The notes under the pieces: generated by a model | Database searches by the model: none | Told to the model about the DNA's origin: nothing | The model's input: only the letters and a program-made list of their open reading frames with translations | Part shown: piece after piece, positions 1 through 12,400 of the stretch | How the letters are laid out: the number at the start of each line of letters is the position of its first letter | Position numbering within the stretch: position 1 is the stretch's first letter | Position numbers and translations under genes: made by a program | Assembly: GCA_016618085.1 (NCBI GenBank) | Contig: JABLTG010000016.1 | Span: forward strand, 62,001 to 126,000 | Direction of reading: 5' to 3' | Origin: Neovahlkampfia damariscottae | Lineage: Eukaryota | Length of the DNA stretch: 64,000 bases

Positions 1-903
1 AGACATGAGAGAACCTGATAAACCAGCAATAGGACTGATCCAAGATAACCATCTTGAAAGCTCTTGTGGTGTCATTTGATGAACTCTTTGATAAAAAATT
101 GGATTGAATGTATTGATGGCATTTGCACCTGCAAAACCAACAGCTCCTGAAAGACTTAATATTATAAGTGATGGTCTTTTAATGATATAAAAAATGATCG
201 TTGAAAATTGAGGTGGTTTTTTAACATCGTTGTTTTCATCAAGTGCACCTCTTTTTGGTTCTTGTACTGTAAGAAAAACAATTACACATACAATTGCACC
301 TGGAATACTTGAAATGAAAAAAATTGATCTCCAATTTGAACTTGTTTCTGTTAGTAAACCACCAAATAAATATGAAACACCCAGTCCAAAAATGAGAGAT
401 GTATTGGCAATACCAAATGCCAAAGCTCTTCTTGAAGGTAAAAAATAATCCGTGATGAGTGAAAATTGAATTGGATTTAATCCTCCCATTCCAAATGCTG
501 ATCCAATTTTATAAAACATCAAATGCCAATAATTTTTGGAAAACCCAGTCAAAATTTGAAATGCTGTGAAGATAATAACACAAAATAACAACGTCCATTT
601 CCTTGAAAATATGTCTGATGCTCTTCCAAGTGCAATACCTGCAATTATTGTTGCAGCTGAAGAAATGGGTCCAATAATGGCACCAAAAAAACTTTCTGAC
701 AACTATAAACAGTTATAAAATGACAACCATACCTTTAAATCTTTCAAAACACCTTCTGAAGAAATGTTGATCAAATTAGAGTTGAAAATTCGGCAAAGTG
801 AAACGGAAAATAGAACTAACAGAACATATACCGAGTAAAACATTCCTATAATGCTGAAAGCAGAATAGTGTTTTTTTTCAGCGCTTGTTTGTTCTTTGTC
901 CAT
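1..903 (-). CDS. MFS transporter (Spinster-like), runs off the window's left edge
   Basis: ATG at 903; 30-nt GT-AG intron 703-732; spliced frame gives multiple hydrophobic helices and an MFS motif A-like GRASDIFSRK. Confidence 0.75.
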
Positions 904-1126
904 TGTATTTCTTCCAACGTTTGAGAATTGTGCTGGAAGTCTTTTATCCAATAATTATTGTTCTAAAAGTGTAAAAAAATAGAAGCTAAAAAATTTGACG
1001 TCCAATGAAAACAGATCATCTTCGAAGGACTTGGATTGTTTTAAATTCGACAAAATGAATGAAGAGCAGAAACTGTTATTTACTTGTCATCCAATCAAAT
1101 GATCCATTTTTTTTCCAAAGTTCGAA

Positions 1127-2515
1127 ATGGCTTTGAGCTACGCTGCCAGACTGAAAAAAGGGATAAATTATGGAAAAGTAGGCTTACCAGAAACCGAGGA
1201 CAATTCTAGGGTTAAAATTTTATTTCTAATCAATTCAGGTGAAAATGAATAAACTAAAAACTTTGACCAATTTGATTGAAAAAAGTGAATACATAGTTGT
1301 TTTTACTGGCGCAGGAATTTCAACTTCAATGGGAATCAAAGGTAGAAATTTTCAAATCTTCTTATTTTGCAGATTTTAGAGGTAAATTAAATTGTGCAAA
1401 TTAAAAACAACAAAAAGGACCTTCAGGTATTTGGACACTTGAAAAAAAAGGAATCAAAGATCCATTGGAGGGCAATTTTAAAGGATTTGAAAATATTTCT
1501 CCAAGGTTTTTATAATTATTTCGAATTTAAAAAAATAGCTTGACTCACATGGCAATTGTTGGATTATTGAACAATGACAAGGTAAAATATGTTGTTTCAC
1601 AGAACATTGATGGTCTACATCTCAGAAGTGGTGTTCCAGAAGAAAAATTATCAGGTTTGAAAAAGTTAATAATTCAAATTTGAACAGAGCTGCATGGAAA
1701 TATTACTCAAGGTTTTAAACAGATTTTAATTAATTTATATTTAAAGAAACTTGCAGAAAATGTGGAAAAAAATATAATCGAGACTTTGATGTGGGCACAA
1801 TTGGATTCAAGAAGACAGTGAGATAATATTTGATATTTAAATTGAAATTAAGGGAAGGAATTGTGTCATTGAAACTTGTAAAGGTGAATTACATGATACT
1901 TTGTTAGATTGGGATGATGAATTACCAGAAAATGATTTATTACTTGCAGAATCACATTTAAAAAAAGCTGATTTAGTTTTGTGTTTAGGTACTTCATTAA
2001 GAGTTCAACCTGCAAATCAATTACCTTTATTAACTTTAAAAAATGATGGAAATTTAGTTATTTGTACTTTACAAAAGACACCAATTGATGAATTTGCTAA
2101 TTTGATTCTTCACACAAAAGTAGATGAAATAATGAGTCATATTATGGAGCATTTAAATATTAATATACCAATTTATGAGAATACAAAAACGTTTAATGTT
2201 TCATTGATTAAAAAAAAATTGAGAATTGAAACTATTGAAGGATTTTCATGCACATTTATTGAAAAGGTTAAAATAGAAAATGAAGAAATTCAATTTCCAT
2301 TTGAATTTGAAATAAAGAATGAAAAAATAGAATTAGAAATACATTTTATTGAAAATTATTCTCAAAAAGTCGAAAACTTAAAGATCACTTTGAAAAATAA
2401 TGAAACTCAAAAGTTCTCAATTGCAATCTGTCATTTTGATTACAATCAATCACTGAAAAGGAAACAACCAGGAGAAAATCATATTGTTAATAAAAAATTG
2501 AAAATTGAGAAATGA
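1127..2515 (+). CDS. NAD-dependent deacylase sirtuin, class IV (SIRT6/7-like)
   Basis: 7 tiny introns join FTGAGISTS, DFRGPSGIWT, SQNIDGLHLRSG, ELHGN, LLDWDD and LGTSLRV motifs; contains a 9-nt exon 1373-1381. Confidence 0.9.
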
Positions 2516-2625
2516 AAAAAATAAAAATTTTCCGTTACGAGCTTTTATTGGTTAGTCATGACTCATCGTACTTTTTTGACCAATCAACATTTTTTTTCGG
2601 ATTTTAATCTCATATTCAAACAACT

Positions 2626-4499
2626 ATGGACTCAATACAAATTCCAGAGGATGATGTAACCAACCTTTTTATAACATAATTTTAGTTCTTTTTCATTCTG
2701 ACAGAATTGATCAAAGCAATCAAAAAAGATGATTTGATAAAAGAAAAAAAACATGTATCAAAAACTTATCAAAATGCTATTGTTGGTAATTATTTTTTTT
2801 TTTACTAAAAATGATAGCAAAGGATATATCCCAAGCTTTGAATAATTTGGAAAAAAATAAAAAGTATTTAGAATTTTTGACTCAAGAACAGATAAATAAT
2901 TACTTTGGCGTCCTTTTAGAAATAGGATGTATAGAATCATGCTCTACATCACAAAAGAAATTTGAACCAAATGATGTACTTTACAAATTCTGTGCAGATG
3001 AATTGAAACAAGAATTTGTTGGAAAAATGACGAAAAGGTATGAAGACTATAGAAAAATTAGAAAGATGTTACAAAATTCAAAGAACTTTTTTCAACTTTT
3101 TGATAAGTTTCATCCTGAAATTAGTGTTGGTGAAAAATATTTCAAACAGAAAAAAATTCAAAACTCTTTTCTTGGTAAAAAAAACAAAAACAAATAACGT
3201 CTAGGTTGTGACTTTGTAAAATATATCATGAAACACTATGGATATTCCGAATTTTCTGCTGTTTATCTTGGCAATGAATTATTAAAAATGGGTATTTATA
3301 AAAGTTATGTAGAAGGAGAAGTTTTTCAAAATTCAGATTATGTTTATATTATGACATCAATTATGGAAATACCTGCCATTGTTGAAGAGCATTTTAGACC
3401 AAAAACAAGAAAAAAATCAGCTTCTTTTGCAACAAAAAGAAGATCATTATTTAATATAGATCTGAATTCATTTCAAAGAAAAAGTCAAAGTCAAAAAAGA
3501 CTCAGTGTTGATTTACCAAAACCTTCCAGTACATCAAAAGACACACCAAAGAAAAATGAAAAAAAAGGAGGTTTATGGGATGTTTTTGTCTCTTTAAAGA
3601 ATTCAATGTTTTCACCAAAGAAATCAACAAAAGTTTATTGTGTAAAAATATCAGAATTACCTGAAGCATTTCCAACAGTTTTTTCAAAATTAACAGAATT
3701 CATTGAAAAATGGTGTAAGTTTTATCTTTTCAATTTTAATAATTAATAGATTTAAAAACAAATGGTATCTTTAGAGTTTCAGGAAGAGCATCAGAAATTA
3801 GAACAATGAAAGAAAAAATTGATAAAGGTTGTGTTTTTGATGATCTTATAAAAGACTATGCTGATCATGAAAATATGTCAGAAGTGGAAATTCTTGGGCA
3901 TTCACTTGCTGGTGTTTTTAAATTATGGTTTCGAGAAATGGCGGATCCAATTGTTCCATTCGAAAAGTGTGATGCATTTTTAAAAATTTGGGATTTAAAA
4001 CCAGATGAGAAGATTATAGCTTTGACAAATTTTGTACAAAATGAATTACCTAATGATAATAGAATCATTTTAGAAAAGTTATTGACATTTTTGACTAAAG
4101 TAGCTGCAGAATCTTCTGTAAACAAAATGTCAACAAATAATTTATCAATTGTTTTTGCTTCAAATATTATTAGACCTCTTGATTCTGATCCTATTACTTT
4201 AGCATCAAAAACACCTTTAATTAATGGTTTATTTAGAATTCTACTTGGTAAGTTACAATTTTTGCTAACTGAATTTTTCAATAGAAAATGTTGACAGTGT
4301 TTTTCCTTTTGATTTTAAAGATGCTATTAGTGTAACAAGCGAAAAAGAAATATTAAGAATTTCTAATGTCGAGGAAGGAGTTCCAAAAGAAGAATTATCA
4401 ACAAGAGATGCTCCTCAAATACCTGAGTTAAGTGAAAGAAAAGCACCATCACCTGTAGTAAAAAAAGAAAGTATAGAAACAATTGAAGTTAACGAATAA
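2626..4499 (+). CDS. RhoGAP protein with probable N-terminal DEP-like domains
   Basis: 5 introns; GIFRVSG arginine finger, LAGVFKLWFREM, NKMSTNNLSIVF; DEP assignment is weaker. Confidence 0.85.
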
Positions 4500-4567
4500 A
4501 GTTATTATTTTAAATTGACCAATAATCATTTTGGAAACTTCAATCTCAACAAAAAAAAAAAAGAGTG

Positions 4568-7237
4568 ATGATTAATCCTTTTGAATTTGAAAAAAATTTA
4601 GAACCACCACCACCAAATTATATACCTGGTGCAGGAAGAGGAGCAAGTGGATTTACCACCTCTGGAGATTTGGGCAGCATAGGTCTAGGTAGTGACGAGA
4701 CTTCAAATAATTTAAAAAGACCTCGTGAAGCTGAAAAAGATTATTCCGATTCAAACTTTGATAAATGGTCTGGTTTCAATGAATCTAATTTATTTTCTTC
4801 TACCAACGATATTGATGATAAAGAAGCAGATAGAATATGGGATTTAGTAGAAAAAAAAATGGACAGGAGAAAAAATCACAGAGAAAAAATAGAAAAAGAA
4901 TTAGAAAAAAAGAATGAACAACCAAAAATACAAGCACAATTTGCTGATTTAAAAACACAACTTGGTACAGTTTCATTTGAAGAATGGGATTCAATACCTA
5001 CAGTTGGTGATTATACAATAAAAAAAAGAAAATTTGACACATATCAACCAGTACCAGATAGTTTATTAGAAAAAGCAATGAAAGAAAATGAAAAATTTAC
5101 AACAATTGATTCAAATGATGATAGTAAAATGATAAATTTAAGTTCAGTTCATGAAGCAAAAGAAAATATGTTAACTGGAAAATTAAAAAAATTTGAAGAA
5201 TCAATTTCAGGTGTTAAAACTGTAAACCCACAAAGTTTTTTGTCTTCAATGACTTCAATCAAAACATTAAATACAGATGAAATTGGTGATGTAAAAAAAT
5301 TACGTTCAATCTTGAAAGCTGTTACAACTTCAAATCCAACAAATGGTGCTGCTTGGATTAGTGCAGCAAGAGTTGAAGAATTTGCTGGTAAATTAAGTTT
5401 TGCAAGAAATATTATGACAAAGGCTATTGAAAATTGTCCTAAAGAGGAGGATATTTGGTTGGAAGCTGCAAGATTATCCACACCTGAAAATGCAAAGGCA
5501 ATACTGGCAAAAGCTGTTTCACATGTACCAGAAAGTGTCAATATTTGGCTAACAGCTGCCAATTTAGAAAAAGAGAAAAAAGCAAAAAAGAAAGTTTTGA
5601 GAAAAGCTCTTGAATTAATTCCAAATAGTGTTCAAATGTGGAAAGAAGCAATAGAGTTAGAAGATGAAGAAAATGCTAGAATAATGTTAGTCAGAGCAAC
5701 AGAGTGTATTCCACACAATACAGAATTGTGGTTAACTTTAGCCAGATTAGAAACTTATGCAAATGCAAAAAAAGTTTTAAACAAAGCAGGAAAATTAAAT
5801 CCAACAGATCCAACAATTTGGATTGCAGCAGCAGAATTGGAAGAAGAGAATGGAAGTAAAAATGTTGAAATGATCATTCAAAAAGCAATTAAATCATTAA
5901 ATACTGTTAATATAACAATTGATAGACAACAATGGATTGAATATGCTAAAAATAGTGAAAATGGTCAACATGAAAAAACTTGTAGTGCTATTATTAGAAA
6001 TACAATTGGTGCTGGAATTGAAGAAAATGATAGGGAACATACTTGGATTAAAGATGCAAAAGAATTACAAAAATCAAATCATATTAAAACAGCCAAAGCA
6101 ATATATTCGCATGCCTTATCTTTATTTCCAAATAATGAAAATATTTGGAAATATGCAATTGAATTAAGTTCAAATGATTCAGAAGAAATGTTTGGTTTAC
6201 TTGAAAAGGCAGTTGAATATTGTTTTGAATCTGAAGATTTATGGATAAAGTATGTCAAAGAAAAATGGAAATTGAATCAATTGGATGAAGGAAGAAAAAT
6301 ATTATCTAAAGCATTTGGAAAAATTGGAAAGAGTGAAAAGATATGGTTACTTGCAGTTGAATTAGAAATTGGACAAAAAGAATTTAACAAAGCCAGAGAA
6401 TTATTAAAAAAATCTAGGACTGTTTGTAATACTTCAAGAGTTTGGATGAAAAGTGCAATACTAGAAAGAAATTTAAAAAATCAAAAAGAAGAAAAGAGTT
6501 TATTAGAAAAAGGAATAGAGTTATTTCCAAATGATCCAAAATTATGGATGATGAAAGGACAACTGGAAGAAAGGTTAGGTAATATAAAAGAAGCACAAAA
6601 AATATATTTGGATGGTATAAAACTGAATCAACAATCTATTCCTTTGTGGATTTGTGGAATAAAATTAGAAGAGAAATTGAATAATATTACTCGTGCAAGA
6701 GCTTTACTTGAAAAATCAAGACAAAAAAATCCAAATATTGATTTATTATGGCTTTATAGTGTGAGATTAGAATCAAATCAAGGATTAAATGAAATAGCTA
6801 ATTCATTAATTGCTGCAGGATTAAAAGAATTTCCTCATTCTGGTTTACTTTGGTCAGAATCCATTTTATTAGAATCAAGACAAAAACAAAAAGCTAGAGC
6901 AGCATTAGCTTTAAATGCATGTGATAAAGATCCAATTGTATTTACAACATTATCTCGAATGTTTTGGAGAGACAGAAAATTAGAACAAGCAAAAATATGG
7001 TTTGAAAGATCATTAAAATTAGATGACAAATATGGTGATTGTTGGGCTTATTATTTTAAATTTACATTATTGAATGGAAAAACAGAAGATGAAGAAAGTA
7101 TTTTGAATAGATGTATCAAAGCAAATCCAACTAAAGGAGATATTTGGATTTCAGTTTCAAAAGATCCAAAGAATTTTGAATTGACAACAAAAGAGATTTT
7201 ATATTTAGTTTCTTCAAAAATTAATAATGAATTTTAA
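4568..7237 (+). CDS. PRPF6: Pre-mRNA splicing factor PRP6 (U5-102K), intronless
   Basis: PPPNYIPGAGRGASGFTT N-terminus, KIQAQFADLK, HAT/TPR repeats. Confidence 0.95.
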   Translation: MINPFEFEKNLEPPPPNYIPGAGRGASGFTTSGDLGSIGLGSDETSNNLKRPREAEKDYSDSNFDKWSGFNESNLFSSTNDIDDKEADRIWDLVEKKMDRRKNHREKIEKELEKKNEQPKIQAQFADLKTQLGTVSFEEWDSIPTVGDYTIKKRKFDTYQPVPDSLLEKAMKENEKFTTIDSNDDSKMINLSSVHEAKENMLTGKLKKFEESISGVKTVNPQSFLSSMTSIKTLNTDEIGDVKKLRSILKAVTTSNPTNGAAWISAARVEEFAGKLSFARNIMTKAIENCPKEEDIWLEAARLSTPENAKAILAKAVSHVPESVNIWLTAANLEKEKKAKKKVLRKALELIPNSVQMWKEAIELEDEENARIMLVRATECIPHNTELWLTLARLETYANAKKVLNKAGKLNPTDPTIWIAAAELEEENGSKNVEMIIQKAIKSLNTVNITIDRQQWIEYAKNSENGQHEKTCSAIIRNTIGAGIEENDREHTWIKDAKELQKSNHIKTAKAIYSHALSLFPNNENIWKYAIELSSNDSEEMFGLLEKAVEYCFESEDLWIKYVKEKWKLNQLDEGRKILSKAFGKIGKSEKIWLLAVELEIGQKEFNKARELLKKSRTVCNTSRVWMKSAILERNLKNQKEEKSLLEKGIELFPNDPKLWMMKGQLEERLGNIKEAQKIYLDGIKLNQQSIPLWICGIKLEEKLNNITRARALLEKSRQKNPNIDLLWLYSVRLESNQGLNEIANSLIAAGLKEFPHSGLLWSESILLESRQKQKARAALALNACDKDPIVFTTLSRMFWRDRKLEQAKIWFERSLKLDDKYGDCWAYYFKFTLLNGKTEDEESILNRCIKANPTKGDIWISVSKDPKNFELTTKEILYLVSSKINNEF

Positions 7238-7247
7238 AAAAATTGAT

Positions 7248-7932
7248 TCATTTATTTTTTATTTTTTTTGTTACTTTTTCAAATTTTATTGGTTTATATT
7301 TGTAATCTTTTGTCAACAATTCTTCCCAAGGTAATGTTATTTCCACATTTTTTGGTTTGGATTCAACAATTATTTTTTTTATATTTTCATCATTTGATTC
7401 TAAGAATCCAATAACAATTGATTTTTGTTGAATGAACGATCCTAGAGTTTCTCTTGAACAATTTAAATTTAAAAATTTCGATTTTTTCATAACACATAAT
7501 TGTTTGATGTGTTCAGTCATTATTTTTGGTACTTTTTCATGTTGTGCATCTGATATTAATATTAATTTTAATTTTTCAGGTGAATTCTCAAGCAACTTTG
7601 TGATTTGATTAATTCCAGTTACAATACCTTTTGACTATAAATGTTTCAGTTAAAATTAATGAAATTACTTTATATTCTTTCTGATTTTTGAAATTTAATT
7701 GACTCAATTTCTCTAAAATTTCTTTGCTTTCATCAATTTTCCTTTGAGAAATTAAGAATCAAAAATTTTACCAATCTGTTTCAAAAGGTGAAATATATCT
7801 AACATTTTTTCTTTTATTTAATTTTTTCTCTATTTTTTGTGGTTTTGAAAGAACCCTTTCTTCATTCTTTTTCTTTTTTTGTTTTTCATATGTCTCTTGT
7901 TTTCTCTTTTGTGCTTCGTTTTGTTTTTCCAT
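7248..7932 (-). CDS. L7Ae-family protein, RNase P/MRP subunit RPP38-like
   Basis: ATG 7932, two tiny introns; spliced GIVTGINQITKLLE, EHIKQLC and TLG segments fit the L7Ae fold. Confidence 0.55.
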
Positions 7933-8096
7933 TTTGACCAATGGAAACGCAAGAAATTAATTCAACAATGATGATATTCATTTTGATACATTCTCTGATT
8001 TATTTTCTTTTCCAATAAATTTTTGATTTTTAAGTCCAATGAAAACACGAAAAATTTTTCATTGGTGAATTTGATAAAAAAAACGAAAACGTTGAA

Positions 8097-11000
8097 ATGA
8101 CAAGTATTGAAATCTTAAGTATTCAAGGTAAGAAAAAAACTGGGGTTAAAGATAATTTGAAGGTTTGAGTCTGAATAAACCCTCATTTTTTTCTAGGAAT
8201 TCGTTCATTCAGTCCAACAAACAAACAGTTGATTAATTTTGAAAAACCACTGACTCTAATTGTTGGTGCTAATGGCTGTGGAAAAACAGTAACATGTACA
8301 TCTTTTTATTTGAGTAATTTTTATTCAGTTTTTTTTTTTTCGTTAAATTTAGACAATAATTGAATGTTTAAAAGCTGCAACAACTGGTGAATTACCACCA
8401 AATTGTCAAAAAGGGCAATACTTTGTGAATGATCCAAAGATTATTGGAGACAGTGAAGTGAAAGCACAAATTAGATTACAGTTCAAAGGTAGCAACAAAA
8501 AGAAAATGCTTGTTGTTAGATCATTTCAATTAACACAAAAGAACAAAAAATTAGAATTTAGACAGCTCGAAAGTGCTGTTCAAACTAGAAATGAAAAAGG
8601 AGATGTTGTTAGTCAATCATATAGATGTTCAGATATGGATAAACTTGTTCCAGTAAGAATAACTTGTATCAAATTGATTCAAAGGAAATGATGGGGGTCT
8701 CAAAATCCATTTTAGAAAATGTAATTTTTTGTCATCAAGAAGAAGTAAATTGGCCACTTTCTGATAGCAAAACTCTCAAAGAAAAATTTGACGATATTTT
8801 TTCAAGTACAAGATATACAAAGGCTTTAAAATCAATTAAAGACTTAAAGAAACAACAAAATGATCTGATTAAAGAGTTACAAAAGGATGTAGCTGTTTTA
8901 GAAGTTCATAAAACTCAATATTATAGATTGGAAAAAGATTTTGAAACCGAAACTTTTAAAGTGGAACAAATATTGAAAAATATTGAAGAAATTGACCAAA
9001 AATTATCAGACTATGAAGAAAAAATTGAATCATATGATAGATACGCTGACAAAATAAAAAGAGTTCATGATAAATTAACTGGATCAAAGAAGGAAAAAGA
9101 AATTTTAGAAAAAACTGTTGAAGAAATCTATAACTCCTTGGAACAAGAATTTGAAGAAGATGATACAGAATTTTTATCATTAGAAAATGATTTTAATCAA
9201 CAGTTAAAAGAATTAAATTCAGAAAAAGGAGAAAAAGAAAATAACATTAAAAAATCAAGTGAAGAAAAAGAAAAATATGCTCAAGAACATTCAAAATTAC
9301 AAGGAAAATTAGGAGCTTTGTTGGAAAATAAAAAAAGTCATGAACATAAATTGGTTGAAGGAACGAATTTGATCATTAAGGCTTCAAAAAAATGTTCAAT
9401 TCCAGGATATGAAAATGGTCCATTCACTCCAATTGTTATCGAAAAATTTTATCAAGAATTGGATGGAAAAGTTAATTCTTTCAAAGAAAAGTTAAAAAGA
9501 TTAAAATCTGAACATAAAAGAATTGATAATGATTTATCTGATACAATAGGAAATACACAATCAAAAATTAATTCAATCAACACTATTTTAAAGAGTAATG
9601 AAAAGAAATACAATGAATTAGAAAGAAAATCAAAAGAAATTGAAAAAGAATTAAACAAAGATCAAGTCTCTGAAGAATATGTACAGAAATTATCACATGA
9701 AATCAAACAAGAAGAATTGAAATTAAATCAAACAATTCAAAGTTATGATTTGGATTCACTTTCATCAAAAATAAATTCGTTTCAAGTTGAATTAAAAGAT
9801 TGTAATAAAAAGATTTCAGAAACAGCTTCATTGATGAAAGAAAGGGAAGCAGAACAACTTGCTTCAATAAGAATAAAAGATATGAAAGATCAAAGAGATC
9901 AAATTCAAAACAATTTAGATTCAAAAATTAAAGATTCAAATCCAAGTTTTCAAAAAATAGGAATTGAAGTTGACCCAGAAACAGTTGAAAAGAAATTGAA
10001 ATATAAAATTATGTAATAACTTTGAAATGTTTAATCAATATAGTGAAAAAGAATCAAAAGTAAATCAAATTAACAAAGATTCACAAAAATTTGAATTCAA
10101 AATTTCTTCGTTGAATGAAAATATCAAAAATTCTAAAATTGAAATCGAAAAGAATGAAAAATTAATTTCTGAAATGGAATTAAAAATAAAGAAAGAAATT
10201 CAATCAAAATCACTGGATGAATTCATTTCCACTGCAGAAGAACAATGTGATTCATTTAGGGAGTAAAAGAAATTTATTATTTTTTTAAAAAATTCAAAAG
10301 AGATGTTTCAATGGGAGAATCTTTGAAGTTATGTTATGAAAATTTCATAAAACTAGCAAAATCAGAAAATTCTTGTCCAATTTGTGAACGTGGATTAGAT
10401 CCATCACAATTACATAAATTTATTGATACAGTAATTAAATATTGATCATTTATATTTAGCAACAAGAAAAATTAGAAAAAGCACCTGAACATCTCAAAAA
10501 GAAAAAGACATTATTGAAACAATCTGAAGATTTATTGAATCGCTTGAAAAATTTGAAACCAATTGAAAATGAAATCAAAAAATTAAGAACACAAATATTA
10601 CCAGAATTACAAAATAAAAAAATTAAATTCATTAAAGAAAAAGAAGAAAATGAAAAATCAAAAGAAATAATTTCAAAACAATTAGAAGAATCAAAACAAG
10701 ATTTTGAATCTACAAAGAAATTAAATGATTTTTCACAAGAAATTATTAGATTAAATTCTGATTTAAATTCATTAAATATTAAAATTCAAAAAGAAGAAAA
10801 AAAATTAAATCTTAATTCATCGAATGAAGTTACTTATGAAGAATTATTAAGAAATAATGAAACTCTTCGTAATAATGTGTAAGTGTTATTATTATTGTTT
10901 TAAAAAAAAAAGAGAAAAATTATACAAAGATATTGAAATTTGTAGAAAAGAACAAAATGAAAAAGAAAAAGATATTCAAAATTTAAAAAAACAATTTGAA

Positions 11001-12348
11001 TTAAAAAAAGAAAAATATCAAAAATCACAATTAGAATTAGAAAAAAAGAAAAGATATATTGAACAATTTGAAAAATTGAATTTAGAAAAAAAAGAAATTC
11101 AAAATCAAAATTCAGATGAAAAATTAAAAATTGAACCTTTAAAAGAAAAATATGAAGAATTAAGTATTGAAAAAAAAGAAATAAGAGAAAAACAAGAAAA
11201 AAAAGAAAATGAAATTCAATATCAAATTGATGAATTACAAAAAGAATTAAATATAATTACAAATTTATCAAAAGAAATTAAAAAATATGAAGATGAAAAT
11301 AAAGAAGAACAATTAAATTTAACAAAAGAAAAAATTGAAAAATATAAAATTAAAATTGAAGAATTAAATAAAATGAATCAAAACTTTATTAAAAGTTTAA
11401 AAGAAACAGAAGAAAAAATAAATCTTCAAGGAACAGTTAAACAAAATATACAAGATAATAAAAAATATAGATTGAAAAAGAAAGAATTAAATGATGTTAA
11501 AAAATCAATTTCAAAATTAAATGAAGAATATCAAAAATATACTGGTACTTCAAAATTTGATGATAAAGAAATTGAATTAATAAAAAAAAAGAGAAATAAA
11601 TTATCAAATGAAAAATCTGAATTAATTGGAATGAAAACAACTCATAATGATAGAATTAAAAAAATTAAATCTGAATTGAAAAAAGATGAGTATACAGATG
11701 TTGAAAAAAAACATAAATCTACTTTAATAAAATTAAAAACATCAGAAATGGCGAATGAAGATTTAGAAACATATCACAATGCATTGAATCAGTAATCACT
11801 ATTAATTTATTTAATTCTTCAAAAGAGCATTAATGAAATATCATTCAATGAAAATGTCAGAAATTAATGAAATAATTAAAGAACTATGGCAAAAAACCTA
11901 TAGGGGAAGTGATATTGATACTATTGAAATTAGAGCTGATGCTGGTACAGGTAGGGCTTCTTATAATTATCGTGTTGTTATGATGAAAGGAGATGTTGCA
12001 TTGGATATGCGTGGAAGATGTTCAGCTGGTCAAAAAGTTTTGGCATGTCTAATTATTAGATTAGCATTGGCTGAAGCATTTTGTTTAGATTGTGGAGTTT
12101 TGGCTTTGGATGAACCAACTACTAACCTTGATAGTGATAATATTGCAAGTTTAGCACACTCTATTCAATTAATTATTTCTGAAAGAAGAAAACAATCAAA
12201 TTTTCAATTAATTGTTATTACTCATGATGAAGAGTTTGTTTCAAAAATTGGAAGAAGTGAATATGTTGATTCCTTCTACAGGGTTAGTAAACATCCAGAA
12301 ACTCAACATTCAATCATAGAAAAAGAAAGTTTTAGAGAAAGTAATTAA
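8097..12348 (+). CDS. RAD50: DNA repair protein RAD50
   Basis: SIQGIRSF, Walker [21 protein letters not shown], coiled coil, CPIC zinc hook, [20 protein letters not shown]; 8 intron positions, two of them compound. Confidence 0.97.
8128..8196 (+). other. Compound intron: tandem 35+34 nt GT-AG units with zero-length exon
   Basis: Internal TTGAAG|GTTTGA at 8162/8163; RAD50 IQG|IRSF requires removal of all 69 nt. Confidence 0.7.
8289..8352 (+). other. Compound intron: 33-nt GT-AG unit (8296-8328) nested in a 31-nt unit
   Basis: GTAACAT[GTACAT...ATTCAG]T12CGTTAAATTTAG; GKT|TIIE requires removal of all 64 nt. Confidence 0.55.
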
Positions 12349-12400
12349 ATTTTTATTTTATCCAATCATCTTATCTTCTCAATTTCTCAAATTTTGAGCA

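Noticed and set aside
995..1105. Possible micro-ORF or ncRNA between the MFS and sirtuin genes (extra CCAAT at 1002, TGACGTC)
   Set aside because: The 17-aa ORF has no AATAAA-linked stop or recognisable motif, and there are no canonical snoRNA boxes.
7968..7998. C/D-box-like pair ATGATGA...CTGA
   Set aside because: Only 20 nt between boxes, with no room for D'/C' and no convincing terminal stem; it also overlaps the candidate micro-ORF.
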